NCBI GenBank assembly: GCA_017991635.1 | Contig: JAGOQE010000001.1 | Coordinates: 65,008 to 129,007, forward strand | Reading direction: 5' to 3' | Origin: Minisyncoccota bacterium | GTDB taxonomy: Bacteria; Patescibacteriota; Minisyncoccia; Phycocordibacterales; Phycocordibacteraceae | DNA: 64,000 nt | Notes under the pieces: generated by a model | What the model was told of the DNA's origin: nothing | Seen by the model: only the letters and a program-made list of their open reading frames with translations | The model's database searches: none | Shown: positions 29,543-39,865 of the stretch, piece after piece | Layout of the letters: the number at the start of each line of letters is the position of its first letter | How positions within the stretch are numbered: position 1 is the stretch's first letter | Made by a program: the position numbers and the translations under genes

Positions 29543-31000
29543 TCACGCGCGAGTGCTCGCACTCGCGCGTGATTGTTTGTATACAAAAAGAAACAGTAGG
29601 AGGTACGCGAAGATAACCATCCAAAACGGAAACGTGCCGAGTGTCACTTGTGCAAATGGAATCATGCTTCCATACGTAGCCACACTCGTAATGTACGCAA
29701 GCACTGCGTACGCCGGAAATCCTAAAAGTGCGGCGAGTGGCGGGATGAGCATTCCAACAACTCCCGAAAAAAATGACAACATCATTGCAAGTGGTATCAC
29801 CGGAAGAACGAGCACGCTTACAGGAAGTGTGATGAGAGATAAGTTTCCTGTTTCGTACAACAGTAGTGGTAGCACAAAGAGCTGTGCGCTAAGTGTAGTG
29901 CTCAATACTTCGCGAAGAGTTTTCCATTTCACAAACAGTAACCTTTTTTCAATAAACGGAACTCCAAGTATGAGTCCGAGTGTTGCCATAACAGACAGAC
30001 CAAATCCCGGATCATGTACGAGGAGAAGTGGATTTACAAGCAACATAAGAAACACCACAACTGCAAGCGCGCGTAGTGCCCCGTATGTTTTTCCGGTGTA
30101 CCGCGCAACAAGCGCGATGAGTGCCATCAACAGTGCGCGCAGTGCTGCAGACCCTCCGCCTGCCATCACTACAAACAGGACGAGTACAACTCCTGAGATT
30201 ACAAGTGCAGTACGTTTACCAAAGCGCTTCAGTGCGCGAAGCACTGTCTCTGCAACGACCATAACGTTGTATCCAGACAGCACCACGATGTGAAGAAGAC
30301 CGACAGCGGTGAAGGCATTAAGAAGTTCACTCCCTAGTCCCTGCTTCCCACCAAGAAGCATGCCGAGCGCAAGTGACGCTTCAGGCTCGGGGACGGCAAG
30401 CGCAATTCCGTCTTCAAGCATGTTGCGAATATCCGAAAGTACTCCGCGCAGACGGTACCAACCTTCGCGTGGATGTACTTCTTCCACCGAAGCATACGAA
30501 AGCAGGCTTCCTATACCGCGTGCCCGTAGATATTCATCGTATCGAAATACTCGACCACTCTCCGTTTCAAATGCTTCAGGACGTGTTCGTGTTCCAGACA
30601 CCAGCACACGCTCACCATATGAGAGTTCTGGATATCGAGGAAGCACAGCAAGCGTTCTTTCTTCTTTACCGTCTTTCACTAACACACGCTGATGTGTTTC
30701 GCGCACATCTGGCTCGTCCACCACCACTCCTTCTATTGTTATCTCATTACCAATTTCTCTCTGACTCTCTTCAGACAGTACGTGTGGAACAACATGCACA
30801 CGCAGATACCCAAGCGAAAGGAATACGAGGGCGAAAGCAAAAAGCACATACCGGCGATCTTTAGTGAAATAAAAACTGCCCCCAAGCAAGGAGGCGAGAA
30901 ACAAACCAAAGACGACTACATACCACGAGAAACCAAACACCGAGCCCGCACCCACTCCCACCACCGCCCCACAGACGAGGATGATGAGTGCGTGCTTCAT
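29543..31000 (-). CDS. ComEC/Rec2 N-terminal competence membrane-channel domain protein
   Basis: 485 aa polytopic; DUF4131-plus-Competence-domain-like; LLHIVVLSGYNVMVV. Confidence 0.75.
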   Translation of the reverse strand: MKHALIILVCGAVVGVGAGSVFGFSWYVVVFGLFLASLLGGSFYFTKDRRYVLFAFALVFLSLGYLRVHVVPHVLSEESQREIGNEITIEGVVVDEPDVRETHQRVLVKDGKEERTLAVLPRYPELSYGERVLVSGTRTRPEAFETESGRVFRYDEYLRARGIGSLLSYASVEEVHPREGWYRLRGVLSDIRNMLEDGIALAVPEPEASLALGMLLGGKQGLGSELLNAFTAVGLLHIVVLSGYNVMVVAETVLRALKRFGKRTALVISGVVLVLFVVMAGGGSAALRALLMALIALVARYTGKTYGALRALAVVVFLMLLVNPLLLVHDPGFGLSVMATLGLILGVPFIEKRLLFVKWKTLREVLSTTLSAQLFVLPLLLYETGNLSLITLPVSVLVLPVIPLAMMLSFFSGVVGMLIPPLAALLGFPAYAVLAYITSVATYGSMIPFAQVTLGTFPFWMVIFAYLLLFLFVYKQSRASASTRA

Positions 31001-31003
31001 ACG

Positions 31004-31426
31004 CTAGCTTCCTCTGTCCATCGCTCGGTTAGCAAGGGCGTCTGCATCTTTATTCTTCTCCCGTGGAACATGTTCGAAGATAACCTTGCCATAGTGCCGA
31101 CTGATAAGGTTCACCAAGGCCAAGTAGCGTGGAACAAGGTTTGGATGACGCACCTTATACGCGCCCTTCAATTGCTCAATAACAAGCTTACTGTCCATAC
31201 GAATAGTGAGCACTGACATTTTCAGATGCTCTTCGGGAAACACTTCGGCAAGCTTTGTAAGTCCACGAATCACGGCCTCGTACTCAGCGATGTTATTTGT
31301 GGCAACACCGAGGTAATCGTCCACCTCAACAACGCGCTTTCCGAGGGCATCAAAAACGACCGCGCCCGCACCAGCAGGTCCTGGGTTTCCGCGAGCACCA
31401 CCGTCGGCATAAAGTGTATAATCCAT
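31004..31426 (-). CDS. rnhA: ribonuclease HI
   Basis: MDYTLYADGGARGNPGPAGAG...NNIAEYEA...NKDADALA; start trimmed to avoid overlap with recJ. Confidence 0.8.
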   Translation of the reverse strand: MDYTLYADGGARGNPGPAGAGAVVFDALGKRVVEVDDYLGVATNNIAEYEAVIRGLTKLAEVFPEEHLKMSVLTIRMDSKLVIEQLKGAYKVRHPNLVPRYLALVNLISRHYGKVIFEHVPREKNKDADALANRAMDRGS

Positions 31427-31451
31427 TTTTTCTAGTATACCTGAGAACAAC

Positions 31452-33224
31452 TCAAGTAATTGAGACCACCCGAAGTCGGACTTTTTGCCTTCGAGTAAAC
31501 TGATCTTTTTCAACATGAACTGCGAGTGTTGCGCGCCCCTCCTCTTTTGCTCGCGTTGCAGAATTATGAAACGTTCCCTTGGCAAAGAACGCAATCGCCT
31601 CGAGCACTGGCTCGCGTCGCTGATTACTCTCAATACTCATACGCAAGTGTTCGCCCTCTTTTCCAAACCAACTCACTTCGCGAACAACAACATCACGAAG
31701 TACAAATAGTGGCTTTGGATTTCCCATACCAAACGGAGTCATGCGCTCAAGAGAATTAAGGAGTGCGTACGAAATCTCTTCAGCTTTAATTTCTGAATCA
31801 GCAAGAACTGAAAGTGAAACCGCTTCTCGTGGAGGAAGTTTTGCGTACGCATCATTAAGGCGTTTTGGTAGATCAAAGACAGACTCACCCTTCACTGAGA
31901 AACCTCCAGACGCACGATGTCCACCAAACTCGATGAAGGTTCCCACGTCGCACAGACTCATAATCTCCACGACATCGAGTTCTTTCCTTCCAGCTCTGCA
32001 TGAGCCTTTTGCTTCGCGACTACCTTCACGTCCCCATAAATACACCGGGCGCTGATGCTCTTCCGCAATAGTGTTCGCGACGAGTCCCAAGAGTCCTGGA
32101 CGCCACTCAGGATCTCCCATGACAATCACGTTCGGAATTATTCCGTTAAATTCTTGAAGCCGCTCGCGCACGGCCTTTGTCACTGCACCACTACTGGCAC
32201 GTCTTGAGCGGTTAATTTTTTCTAATTCTTTTGCAAGCGCTTCTGCGCGCACCGGATCGTCTGTGGTGAAAAGTTCAAAAGCAATTCGAGGATCACTCAT
32301 TCGCGACGCAGCATTCACACGAGGCCCGATGGTGAAACCGACATCATCCTCGGTGATGAGTCTCTGCTCAACACGACCAACGCGACAGAGCGCTTGAAGC
32401 CCGAGCCTGCGCGACTTACGCATGACCATAAGTCCGTAACGCGCGATAACTCTGTTCTCGCCTGTTAAGGGAACCATGTCAGCAATCGTGGCGAGCCCTG
32501 CCATATCGAGAAGCCACTTCTCCCACCCAACAGGAATTTCTTCTCTTCCTTTGAAACCGTGACTCAAAAGTGCGCACACCAATTTCCACGCGAGTCCAGC
32601 TCCACAAAAATCTCGGTATGGATATGTCTCATCACTTCTCTTTGGATCAACTACCGCAACAGCTTCTGGAAGTATGTCTCCCACACTTCCATCACTTCTG
32701 ACTCCTTGTACTGGAAGGTGGTGGTCGGTAACAATTAAATCAATATCGAGTGACTTCACGTACGTGGCCATGGCCACATCTGCAATACCACAATCAACCG
32801 TGATGATGAGCGAGACATCGTCGCGCTTGAGTGCATCGATACCGCCCTCATTCATACCAAAACCTTCTTCGTGTCGGTGTGGAATGTAGTTGGTAAAGTT
32901 TGCACCAACTTTTTTAAAAAAGTCATGAAGAATAGTTCCGCCTGGAATACCATCACAGTCATAATCACTCCACACACAGATGCGCTCCTTACTCTCAATC
33001 GCTTCTACGATTCTTTCCACGGCCTTCTCCATATCAGTAATCTGGAGTGGATTGCCTAGATGGAGGTCATACGAAGGAGCTAGAAATGCCTCAGCCTCTT
33101 CCTTTGTTGAAATACCTCTTCGAATCAAGAGTGCTGAAGTAAGATCATCAAGATGTTTGAGCTCTTCGCGGTGGTCGTCTGAAATGGGTTTATGAAGAGC
33201 GGTCATGTTTGTCGATTGTAGCAA
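31452..33224 (-). CDS. recJ: single-stranded-DNA-specific exonuclease RecJ (DHH family)
   Basis: WSDYDCDGIPGGTIL, IVTDHHLP, DHH/DHHA1 architecture. Confidence 0.85.
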   Translation of the reverse strand: MLQSTNMTALHKPISDDHREELKHLDDLTSALLIRRGISTKEEAEAFLAPSYDLHLGNPLQITDMEKAVERIVEAIESKERICVWSDYDCDGIPGGTILHDFFKKVGANFTNYIPHRHEEGFGMNEGGIDALKRDDVSLIITVDCGIADVAMATYVKSLDIDLIVTDHHLPVQGVRSDGSVGDILPEAVAVVDPKRSDETYPYRDFCGAGLAWKLVCALLSHGFKGREEIPVGWEKWLLDMAGLATIADMVPLTGENRVIARYGLMVMRKSRRLGLQALCRVGRVEQRLITEDDVGFTIGPRVNAASRMSDPRIAFELFTTDDPVRAEALAKELEKINRSRRASSGAVTKAVRERLQEFNGIIPNVIVMGDPEWRPGLLGLVANTIAEEHQRPVYLWGREGSREAKGSCRAGRKELDVVEIMSLCDVGTFIEFGGHRASGGFSVKGESVFDLPKRLNDAYAKLPPREAVSLSVLADSEIKAEEISYALLNSLERMTPFGMGNPKPLFVLRDVVVREVSWFGKEGEHLRMSIESNQRREPVLEAIAFFAKGTFHNSATRAKEEGRATLAVHVEKDQFTRRQKVRLRVVSIT

Positions 33225-33245
33225 AGATACGCTACTCTAGGTCAT

Positions 33246-33659
33246 ATGACCGACACCGTATTTTCAAAGATTATTTCCAGAGAAATTCCCGCCGAGATTG
33301 TGTACGAAGACGAGAAGACTCTCGCTTTTCTCGACATAGCCCCAAACACACCTGGGCACGTGCTCGTTATTCCAAAGAAACACTTTAGAAACATCTTTGA
33401 CATTGATGACGAGACACTTGCTCACGTGATGCATACCGTACGAAAAATAGCTCCTGTGGTCCGTGACGCCGTTGGTGCTAAGGGCGTGCACATAAACTCA
33501 AACCACGAGCATGAAGGTGGCCAAGAGGTCTTTCACTTACACTTTCACATTATCCCTCGCGTGAGTCGTGAGGAATTTGAGTTTTGCTGGCCAAAGTACA
33601 CGCTCGAGGAATTCGGTGGAGCAGATATTGCGACACGGATTCGCGAAACAATTTCCTAA
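33246..33659 (+). CDS. HIT-family hydrolase
   Basis: HVLVIPKKH...HLHFHIIPR histidine triad. Confidence 0.85.
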   Translation: MTDTVFSKIISREIPAEIVYEDEKTLAFLDIAPNTPGHVLVIPKKHFRNIFDIDDETLAHVMHTVRKIAPVVRDAVGAKGVHINSNHEHEGGQEVFHLHFHIIPRVSREEFEFCWPKYTLEEFGGADIATRIRETIS

Positions 33660-33660
33660 C

Positions 33661-34818
33661 TTACCAGAGGCGACGGGCTTTCTTGTGTCCGAGCGCTTGA
33701 AGACCAGGAAGCGTTCCGTGTGCAAGGAAATCAAGCATGGCCCCTCCTCCTGTAGAAATAAAGGAAATACCCTTCTCTAGATGTAGCTCCTCAATAGCAG
33801 CAACCGTATCACCTCCGCCAACAATAGAAATTGCTTTTGACTGTGCAATTGCTTTTGCCAGTTTCTTTGTGGATTCAGTAAATCCGTTTTCGTAGTTACC
33901 AAGAGGACCGTTCCAAAGCACGGTACCCGCCTTGCCGATTGTCCGTGTTAGGAAGGTTACCGTCTTTGGTCCATCGTCTAGAATCGCTTCGTCTAGCGGA
34001 ATGTCTGAAAGTTCACGGGAAGTACCTATACCTGTCTTTGTCCCAGGAACAGCAGTAATAACATCAAGTGGTGCGGAAAGATGCTTGTTTTTGAGTAACT
34101 TCTGAATTGCTATAGGTTCTGCATGCGACACGAGTGACTTCCCCACGCCAAAACCAAGAGCTCCAATAAAATCATTGCCAAGGGCGCCGCCCACAAATAC
34201 CTTGTCATACCGCTTGAGAAGCGTCTTAACTACAGGCTCCTTAGTTGAAAACTTTGCACCACCAATAATAGCGAGCGATGGCTTCTTAGGACGAAGTGCC
34301 TTAGTAAGTGCCTTCACTTCTTCTTCCACTAAAAATCCAGCAACCGAAGGAAGAAACTTTGGAACACCCACAACTGAAGCGTGTTCGCGATGACACACAT
34401 CAAAAGAGTCCTGTACAAAATAGGTGGCAAGAGAAGCGAGTGACTTAGCAAACGAACTATCATTCTCCTTTTCTCCCTTGTGCCGACGGAGATTCTCGAG
34501 CACGAGTACTTTTCCTGGGAGCAGTTCCCCGACGGCACGGTGCACTTCAGCACCAGTTGAGACGGGGACATACTGGATATCAGGAATCCACTCTCGGAGC
34601 GCTTCCACCACAGGTAACAGTGACTCTGTTCCTGAGTCGCCCAAGTGACCAATTAAAATGACTCTTGCGTCACGCTTTTGTAAGTAGTGAATAGTAGGAA
34701 GTGCCCGACGAAGTCTAAAGGTGTTCGCAACCTTCCCACCCTCAACAGGAACATTCAGTGCTGCACGCACAAGAACAGGGACATTCTCTAAATTTCGTAA
34801 ACTACGTACTGTCTTCAT
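33661..34818 (-). CDS. pgk: phosphoglycerate kinase
   Basis: 385 aa; VLVRAALNVP, ILIGHLG, GGGAMLDFL motifs. Confidence 0.95.
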   Translation of the reverse strand: MKTVRSLRNLENVPVLVRAALNVPVEGGKVANTFRLRRALPTIHYLQKRDARVILIGHLGDSGTESLLPVVEALREWIPDIQYVPVSTGAEVHRAVGELLPGKVLVLENLRRHKGEKENDSSFAKSLASLATYFVQDSFDVCHREHASVVGVPKFLPSVAGFLVEEEVKALTKALRPKKPSLAIIGGAKFSTKEPVVKTLLKRYDKVFVGGALGNDFIGALGFGVGKSLVSHAEPIAIQKLLKNKHLSAPLDVITAVPGTKTGIGTSRELSDIPLDEAILDDGPKTVTFLTRTIGKAGTVLWNGPLGNYENGFTESTKKLAKAIAQSKAISIVGGGDTVAAIEELHLEKGISFISTGGGAMLDFLAHGTLPGLQALGHKKARRLW

Positions 34819-34820
34819 AG

Positions 34821-35564
34821 TTAGAGCAGTGCCTCAACGAGCGCCTTATATGATGCGACCTCAGCACTCGCGTGCCCAATTAGAAATCCGTCGACTCCTG
34901 TACCTCCAGCAAGACTTCGGATAATGCTGGCTTCCACTGAACCACCATACAAAACACGGGTCTTTTCAGAAGCTTTGCCTGGAAGAAATTCACTCAACAC
35001 CTTCCGTATATAGAGAACCATTTCAGTTAAATCCTCTTCCTGAATTGCATCAGCTCCGCTTTTACCAATCGCCCACACTGGCTCGTACGCAAATATAAGT
35101 TGTGTCCTCTCTTTTGGACTTAAAGGTGCAAGCACTAACTCAATCATTCTGCGAACCACACCAAGATACATACCCTGTTCGTCACGAACACTTTCTCCAA
35201 TGCACACGATAGGTGTCATACCGAGAGCAAGTACACGGCGAACTTTCTCGAGCACCACTTCATCAGTCTCGCCGAGAGCGCGACGCTCTGAGTGCCCTAC
35301 GAGCACATATGCAACACCAAGGTTATGCAATGTTCCTGCAGTTATTTCCCCTGTATGCGCGCCGGCGGTCTCCAATGAGACATCCTGTGCTCCCAAATGC
35401 ACGTCACTCTTTTTTGTGGCCGTAGAGAGAAGTCCTACATGAGGCGCGGAAGGCACAATGACTAGGTCATGTCCCTTACGTGAAAGCTTGAGCGAGAGCG
35501 CGTAAAGCTTTTTGGCTTCCTCAGGACTCTCAACGTAGGCCTTCCAATTTGAAACGATAAGCAT
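34821..35564 (-). CDS. tpiA: triosephosphate isomerase
   Basis: VSNWKAY..., VLVGHSERR, IAYEPVWAIG. Confidence 0.9.
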   Translation of the reverse strand: MLIVSNWKAYVESPEEAKKLYALSLKLSRKGHDLVIVPSAPHVGLLSTATKKSDVHLGAQDVSLETAGAHTGEITAGTLHNLGVAYVLVGHSERRALGETDEVVLEKVRRVLALGMTPIVCIGESVRDEQGMYLGVVRRMIELVLAPLSPKERTQLIFAYEPVWAIGKSGADAIQEEDLTEMVLYIRKVLSEFLPGKASEKTRVLYGGSVEASIIRSLAGGTGVDGFLIGHASAEVASYKALVEALL

Positions 35565-35662
35565 AGCTCTATCATACAAGAGATACGGACTTCGCCATCC
35601 CCTTTACTGTGTAACGAAAAGGGCGACCTCGCATGAGGCCGCCCAACACGAACGGTATTACC

Positions 35663-36040
35663 CTACTGCACCACAGGGTGCACAGGATCAAAACCAAGGA
35701 TTCTCGCCACTTCGCCATAAACGCGCGCTTTACATTCATCGTGGTTCTTCCCGCGGGGAATATCGAATGCGCGATTGGCATCGCGGTCAATAATGAGCAC
35801 ACGTTCACCAGAGAAGATTATTGACGCCATAGTTCTGACACGCTCGCGCGTATTCACGATGTCACAGCAGGCATCCGTGAGATCACTTCGAACTTCCGGA
35901 TACTGCGCGACCTGCACAGGACGAGGAGCCTTCGGCTTCAAATGACGAAATGCTCCCGCCGTATGGAATATGCGCTCGAGCCAAAGTCCGAGCTCTTCAG
36001 CTTCTAGAAAACGTGCGGTCTTCGCTAGTCCTGACAGCAT
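35663..36040 (-). CDS. hypothetical protein (faintly NUDIX-like C-terminus)
   Basis: ORF only. Confidence 0.25.
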   Translation of the reverse strand: MLSGLAKTARFLEAEELGLWLERIFHTAGAFRHLKPKAPRPVQVAQYPEVRSDLTDACCDIVNTRERVRTMASIIFSGERVLIIDRDANRAFDIPRGKNHDECKARVYGEVARILGFDPVHPVVQ

Positions 36041-36105
36041 GCCTATTACCCCTTTGTGTGCACTCTAGTGAGAAGTAGTACCGCTAAATCAGCACACGGT
36101 CAACA

Positions 36106-37530
36106 CTATTCTTCTCGCCAATCAACAAACTCGTAATCTGATGAGACCGTGGGTGTAAATGGAGGTGGGTCTGTTGCGAGTTTTCTATCAAAGGCATCCA
36201 CTCGAGTCTGGTACCCAGCATCACTCCACCCGCATCCATTAACCCACTTTGTACCTGTTCGCTTGTTGGAAACGGTAGTTCCGAGAATAGTGAGTGATGT
36301 TCTCGGTTCATACGTTCCTGGGCAGGAATACAGATTTCTTCCGAACGCTCCGCCTTGAGCAATGAAGACTCCGTTTAAAGTCATGGTTTGCGGTGAATCC
36401 GGCGTAATCAAAATATTGTTCTCCGCAATCAAGGTAAGACCGTCAGTGCCGTCGCTTGCACCATACGTAATATTATTTTTAAGGTACGCGTTTGGTGCGA
36501 CTCCTGTGGTGGTAATGTTTGCAGCAACTAAGGTCACCTTTGTGGGCACAACTCCCTCAACCCATACGTTGTCTTCAACAAATATGAGACCGCACGTCGC
36601 AGGAATTGTGTAGGTGCTGTAGTTTGTTTCGTTTTGAATAAGTGCTCTGTCAGTGTTGCCGTCACTACTATTCACAGGTGACACTGAAAGTTGAGTTGTT
36701 GAAGTTACGCGACGCACCGTGACTGTTCCGTTTGCATTGAAAATAAGGTGGTATCCCTTCCAGTACGCAGCACCATTACTATTTCCCGAACTGTAGCGTG
36801 GAAGATAGAGACCACTTGACTGAGCGACGCCCTTCAACGTTGTAAAGTCTGCCGCGATTCCAGCAAAATCAACTTGAGGTTCTGGGAAGCTCCACAAGCT
36901 TTGATTAGGACCCGCGCCGAACACTCCGTTTTTTGTACTGTTTGGTGAACACCCGAACGATGACGTACATTGCCACGACGTGAGCGAGCTCGTCACTGGT
37001 GCGTTTGCCGTACCGTCCATACGGATACCCCCATTAGAGTGATAGGGACCATTTATGATGCGATCATCTCCCGCCCATACACTGTCATTTAGAATGTATG
37101 AAAAAATTGCCACGGTTGGTTGCGCATACCTACCCACCACCGTTTTTCTTCCACCTGAACCATCATTTGGAATACCTGTGGACTCAATATCAATTGATGT
37201 CGTTTGTCCGCACGAAGTGTTTCCCGTAATTTCAAGTGACACATCACCAATTACTCCACCTTCTGGGTCCGAGTACGGAATTACGTAGGGCCCAGCAACA
37301 CCGGTACCGTGGGTGATGTTACCTGGATTGTGGGCGAGAAACCATTTGTAGTATTCAAGTCCCGCCTCAGCAAGTGCAAACGCTTTTGACTCTCCTGTGG
37401 AACGTCGCTGTAGATGGTTTTGAGACAAAATGAAACCAGCGAGCGCGGCGAGAACGGTGAAAAAGATTGCGCCGAACACAAGAGCAAGGAGCATGAGGTA
37501 GCCTCGATGAGGAAGAGAGGTGGGGCGCAT
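36106..37530 (-). CDS. PilX-like type IV pilus-associated large protein
   Basis: N-terminal hydrophobic PilX-like segment LMLLALVFGAIFFTVLAALAGFIL followed by a Ser/Thr/Gly-rich beta-rich region. Confidence 0.5.
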   Translation of the reverse strand: MRPTSLPHRGYLMLLALVFGAIFFTVLAALAGFILSQNHLQRRSTGESKAFALAEAGLEYYKWFLAHNPGNITHGTGVAGPYVIPYSDPEGGVIGDVSLEITGNTSCGQTTSIDIESTGIPNDGSGGRKTVVGRYAQPTVAIFSYILNDSVWAGDDRIINGPYHSNGGIRMDGTANAPVTSSLTSWQCTSSFGCSPNSTKNGVFGAGPNQSLWSFPEPQVDFAGIAADFTTLKGVAQSSGLYLPRYSSGNSNGAAYWKGYHLIFNANGTVTVRRVTSTTQLSVSPVNSSDGNTDRALIQNETNYSTYTIPATCGLIFVEDNVWVEGVVPTKVTLVAANITTTGVAPNAYLKNNITYGASDGTDGLTLIAENNILITPDSPQTMTLNGVFIAQGGAFGRNLYSCPGTYEPRTSLTILGTTVSNKRTGTKWVNGCGWSDAGYQTRVDAFDRKLATDPPPFTPTVSSDYEFVDWREE

Positions 37531-37539
37531 AGCTCTATC

Positions 37540-38139
37540 TTACTCTGTCTGACTGTTTCGTAGCGTTGCTGTACCGGTAAGTGTGTAGATATCGGGTGCT
37601 CTACTTGGATTCAAGTCAATCATGAGCGTCATTTGCATGGAACGAATATCTGCGACGTTTACCGTACCCGTCAGTTCAGTGCCTGCACTATTAAAGTATT
37701 TGAAGAGAGGCGTGGATGTTCCATTTCTAAGATTAATGGCAAGTGTGGTAGTTGCCTCTGACTGTCCCGTGTAGCTAGCAGGACTTCCAACAGCATTCAC
37801 GACACCACGATACAAGTTCGTGCCCACTCGATAAATCCGTACCTTCTCTACACCGCCGTCTTTGTCCACGTCTGCATAAAACGTAAGTGTTGAAGTGCCT
37901 GCCAGAGCTATAGGGTATGCGCCATCATCAGCGTAGAGCGCCTCTCGGAAGTTTGAGGAAATGTACGAAACACTACGCCGCGCCTCAGCAACAGCCTGAC
38001 TTCCTTGAAGCACGTAGGTATTTGCGCGATAGAAGTACAGAATCGTACTTGAGAGCACAACGCCAACCACACCCACAATAGAAATAACCACCAAGGTCTC
38101 TACTAAGGTAAATCCGCGTTTACTCGAAAGAGGTTGCAT
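37540..38139 (-). CDS. prepilin-type N-terminal cleavage/methylation domain protein (minor pilin/pseudopilin)
   Basis: KRGFTLVETLVVISIVG class-III signal; start set at MQPLSSKRG. Confidence 0.6.
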   Translation of the reverse strand: MQPLSSKRGFTLVETLVVISIVGVVGVVLSSTILYFYRANTYVLQGSQAVAEARRSVSYISSNFREALYADDGAYPIALAGTSTLTFYADVDKDGGVEKVRIYRVGTNLYRGVVNAVGSPASYTGQSEATTTLAINLRNGTSTPLFKYFNSAGTELTGTVNVADIRSMQMTLMIDLNPSRAPDIYTLTGTATLRNSQTE

Positions 38140-39841
38140 AAAAAGTTGTCGTTCCTGTAGTGACTGAAACACCAGTGTATACCGCTGTAGTGTAGCCTGT
38201 CTTTGAAATAGTAATGGTGTACGTTCCACTACTTAGATTTCCAAAGTGTCCTGTTCCACACGTATTGGTCGTTACAGTGCTTGAGTATCCTGACTTCGTG
38301 AGTTGTACCGTGGCACCACTCACAACGGCACCAGTCGCGTCCTTAACAGAGACCAGGACCTGCCCCACCACGCCACTTGGGACCATATATAAGGAATACG
38401 TATCCGTAATGCCCGGCGCAATAGTATATGGAGGCGGCGAGCACGAGTCAGTAACATCGTATCCGCTAATAGTTAATGTGTAGATATCCCACTCAAGAGA
38501 GAGTGCACGTACACCTGTACTGTCAGTTGTAGTTGCAATGGTGTTTTTTATGATAGGCGCACCCGCTCCAGTAGTTCCTTTAGTTTTTGCACCCGTGAGC
38601 GTGAATGGAATGTTTGGAAGTGGAGTCGGTCCTGTTTCATACGACAAACTCCAATCGAGCACTTGTGGCGTGTACATCGCGTCGACACTACCAAGATCGG
38701 CTTCAAGCATGAGCGAAGAGTACGTGGTTGTCGAAACGCCAGACAGTGAAACTGGAAACGCGGTAAATCCTGCACTGTTTCCAGAAAGCACTGCGTCTGG
38801 AAGACGTGTACCAGAACTATCAAGAACCCTTATCTTTGCAGTAGTGCTTGCTGTCGTCTGACGCGTTGCGGTCACTGATTTCCAAGAGTAAAGGTACGAA
38901 GGACTTACCACTACCTGACGCGCGCTTCCAGAACTTGGGTACGTGCCAGAAGCGCCGCTTAGAGTAAGAGCACCGCCCGTGACAGCTGATTGCGCCATGT
39001 TCGTAAGTGATGCAGATGATGCAAACGTGTCAGTAGTTGTTGCTGTCTGTATAGGACTGTACGTGCGCATGGTCACTGCGGAGAGCACGTCTATAGAAAA
39101 TGTTCCTGTCGTGGTTTGATCTTTAGCGACCGTGAGATAGCCGGGGTTTGGATTCTGGTTAGTTGCATCGCGCGTGTATGTTTGTGCACTTGAGTAGCCC
39201 GATTTACTTACATACACCTGATACTCCGATGAGGTGGCTGCTCCCGGCAAATACACAACGCCGATGTCACTTGAAAAAGTAGTTACGTCTACTGTCGGCG
39301 CAGTGCTCGCGTTAACGATACGCACACTTGCGCCTGAAACAGGAAGGCCTCCTGCGTCAATCACATTGATACGTAATGTTCCGCCTCCTGTTGTAGTCTC
39401 CAAGCCCGGCGGCACCACGTTAGTAACCAGAGACACCTCCTTATCCTTACCGCCCACACTATAGGAGACCGAAATCTTTACTCGCTTATAGTCAGTAGTG
39501 ATGCCATTACTATCAGCAAGACCCACTCCATCTTTTGCGTCATCCTCGTACTGAATGTAGGTGCGTGTAGTAAATGCAATACCATCGAGTGTACTCGTTG
39601 CTGTTTGCGCAATAGTTCCAGGAGGAATTCCGCCTAAGGTACCCACAGCATCGTAATCAAGTGAACGAATGAACTCAACCTTACTCTGCGCAAGGGACGT
39701 TGCTGCAGCTTCAGCTTTTGCGAGAGCCGATACTTGAAGCGTGACGCGAAGGACGCCGAAGAGTGCAAGAAAAATAATCAGTATGAGCGCCGTGCCCACA
39801 ATGACATCGATAAATGAAACGCCGCGTAGGGGTTTCTGCAT
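38120..39841 (-). CDS. large pilin-like protein with CarboxypepD_reg-like domains
   Basis: N-terminal GVSFIDVIVGTALILIIFLALFG; GTLRINVIDAGGLPVSGASVRIVN and VGQVLVSVKDATGAVVSGATVQLT. Confidence 0.5.
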   Translation of the reverse strand: MQKPLRGVSFIDVIVGTALILIIFLALFGVLRVTLQVSALAKAEAAATSLAQSKVEFIRSLDYDAVGTLGGIPPGTIAQTATSTLDGIAFTTRTYIQYEDDAKDGVGLADSNGITTDYKRVKISVSYSVGGKDKEVSLVTNVVPPGLETTTGGGTLRINVIDAGGLPVSGASVRIVNASTAPTVDVTTFSSDIGVVYLPGAATSSEYQVYVSKSGYSSAQTYTRDATNQNPNPGYLTVAKDQTTTGTFSIDVLSAVTMRTYSPIQTATTTDTFASSASLTNMAQSAVTGGALTLSGASGTYPSSGSARQVVVSPSYLYSWKSVTATRQTTASTTAKIRVLDSSGTRLPDAVLSGNSAGFTAFPVSLSGVSTTTYSSLMLEADLGSVDAMYTPQVLDWSLSYETGPTPLPNIPFTLTGAKTKGTTGAGAPIIKNTIATTTDSTGVRALSLEWDIYTLTISGYDVTDSCSPPPYTIAPGITDTYSLYMVPSGVVGQVLVSVKDATGAVVSGATVQLTKSGYSSTVTTNTCGTGHFGNLSSGTYTITISKTGYTTAVYTGVSVTTGTTTFYATSFE

Positions 39842-39865
39842 TCCTTATATGATAGCGTGCTTGTC

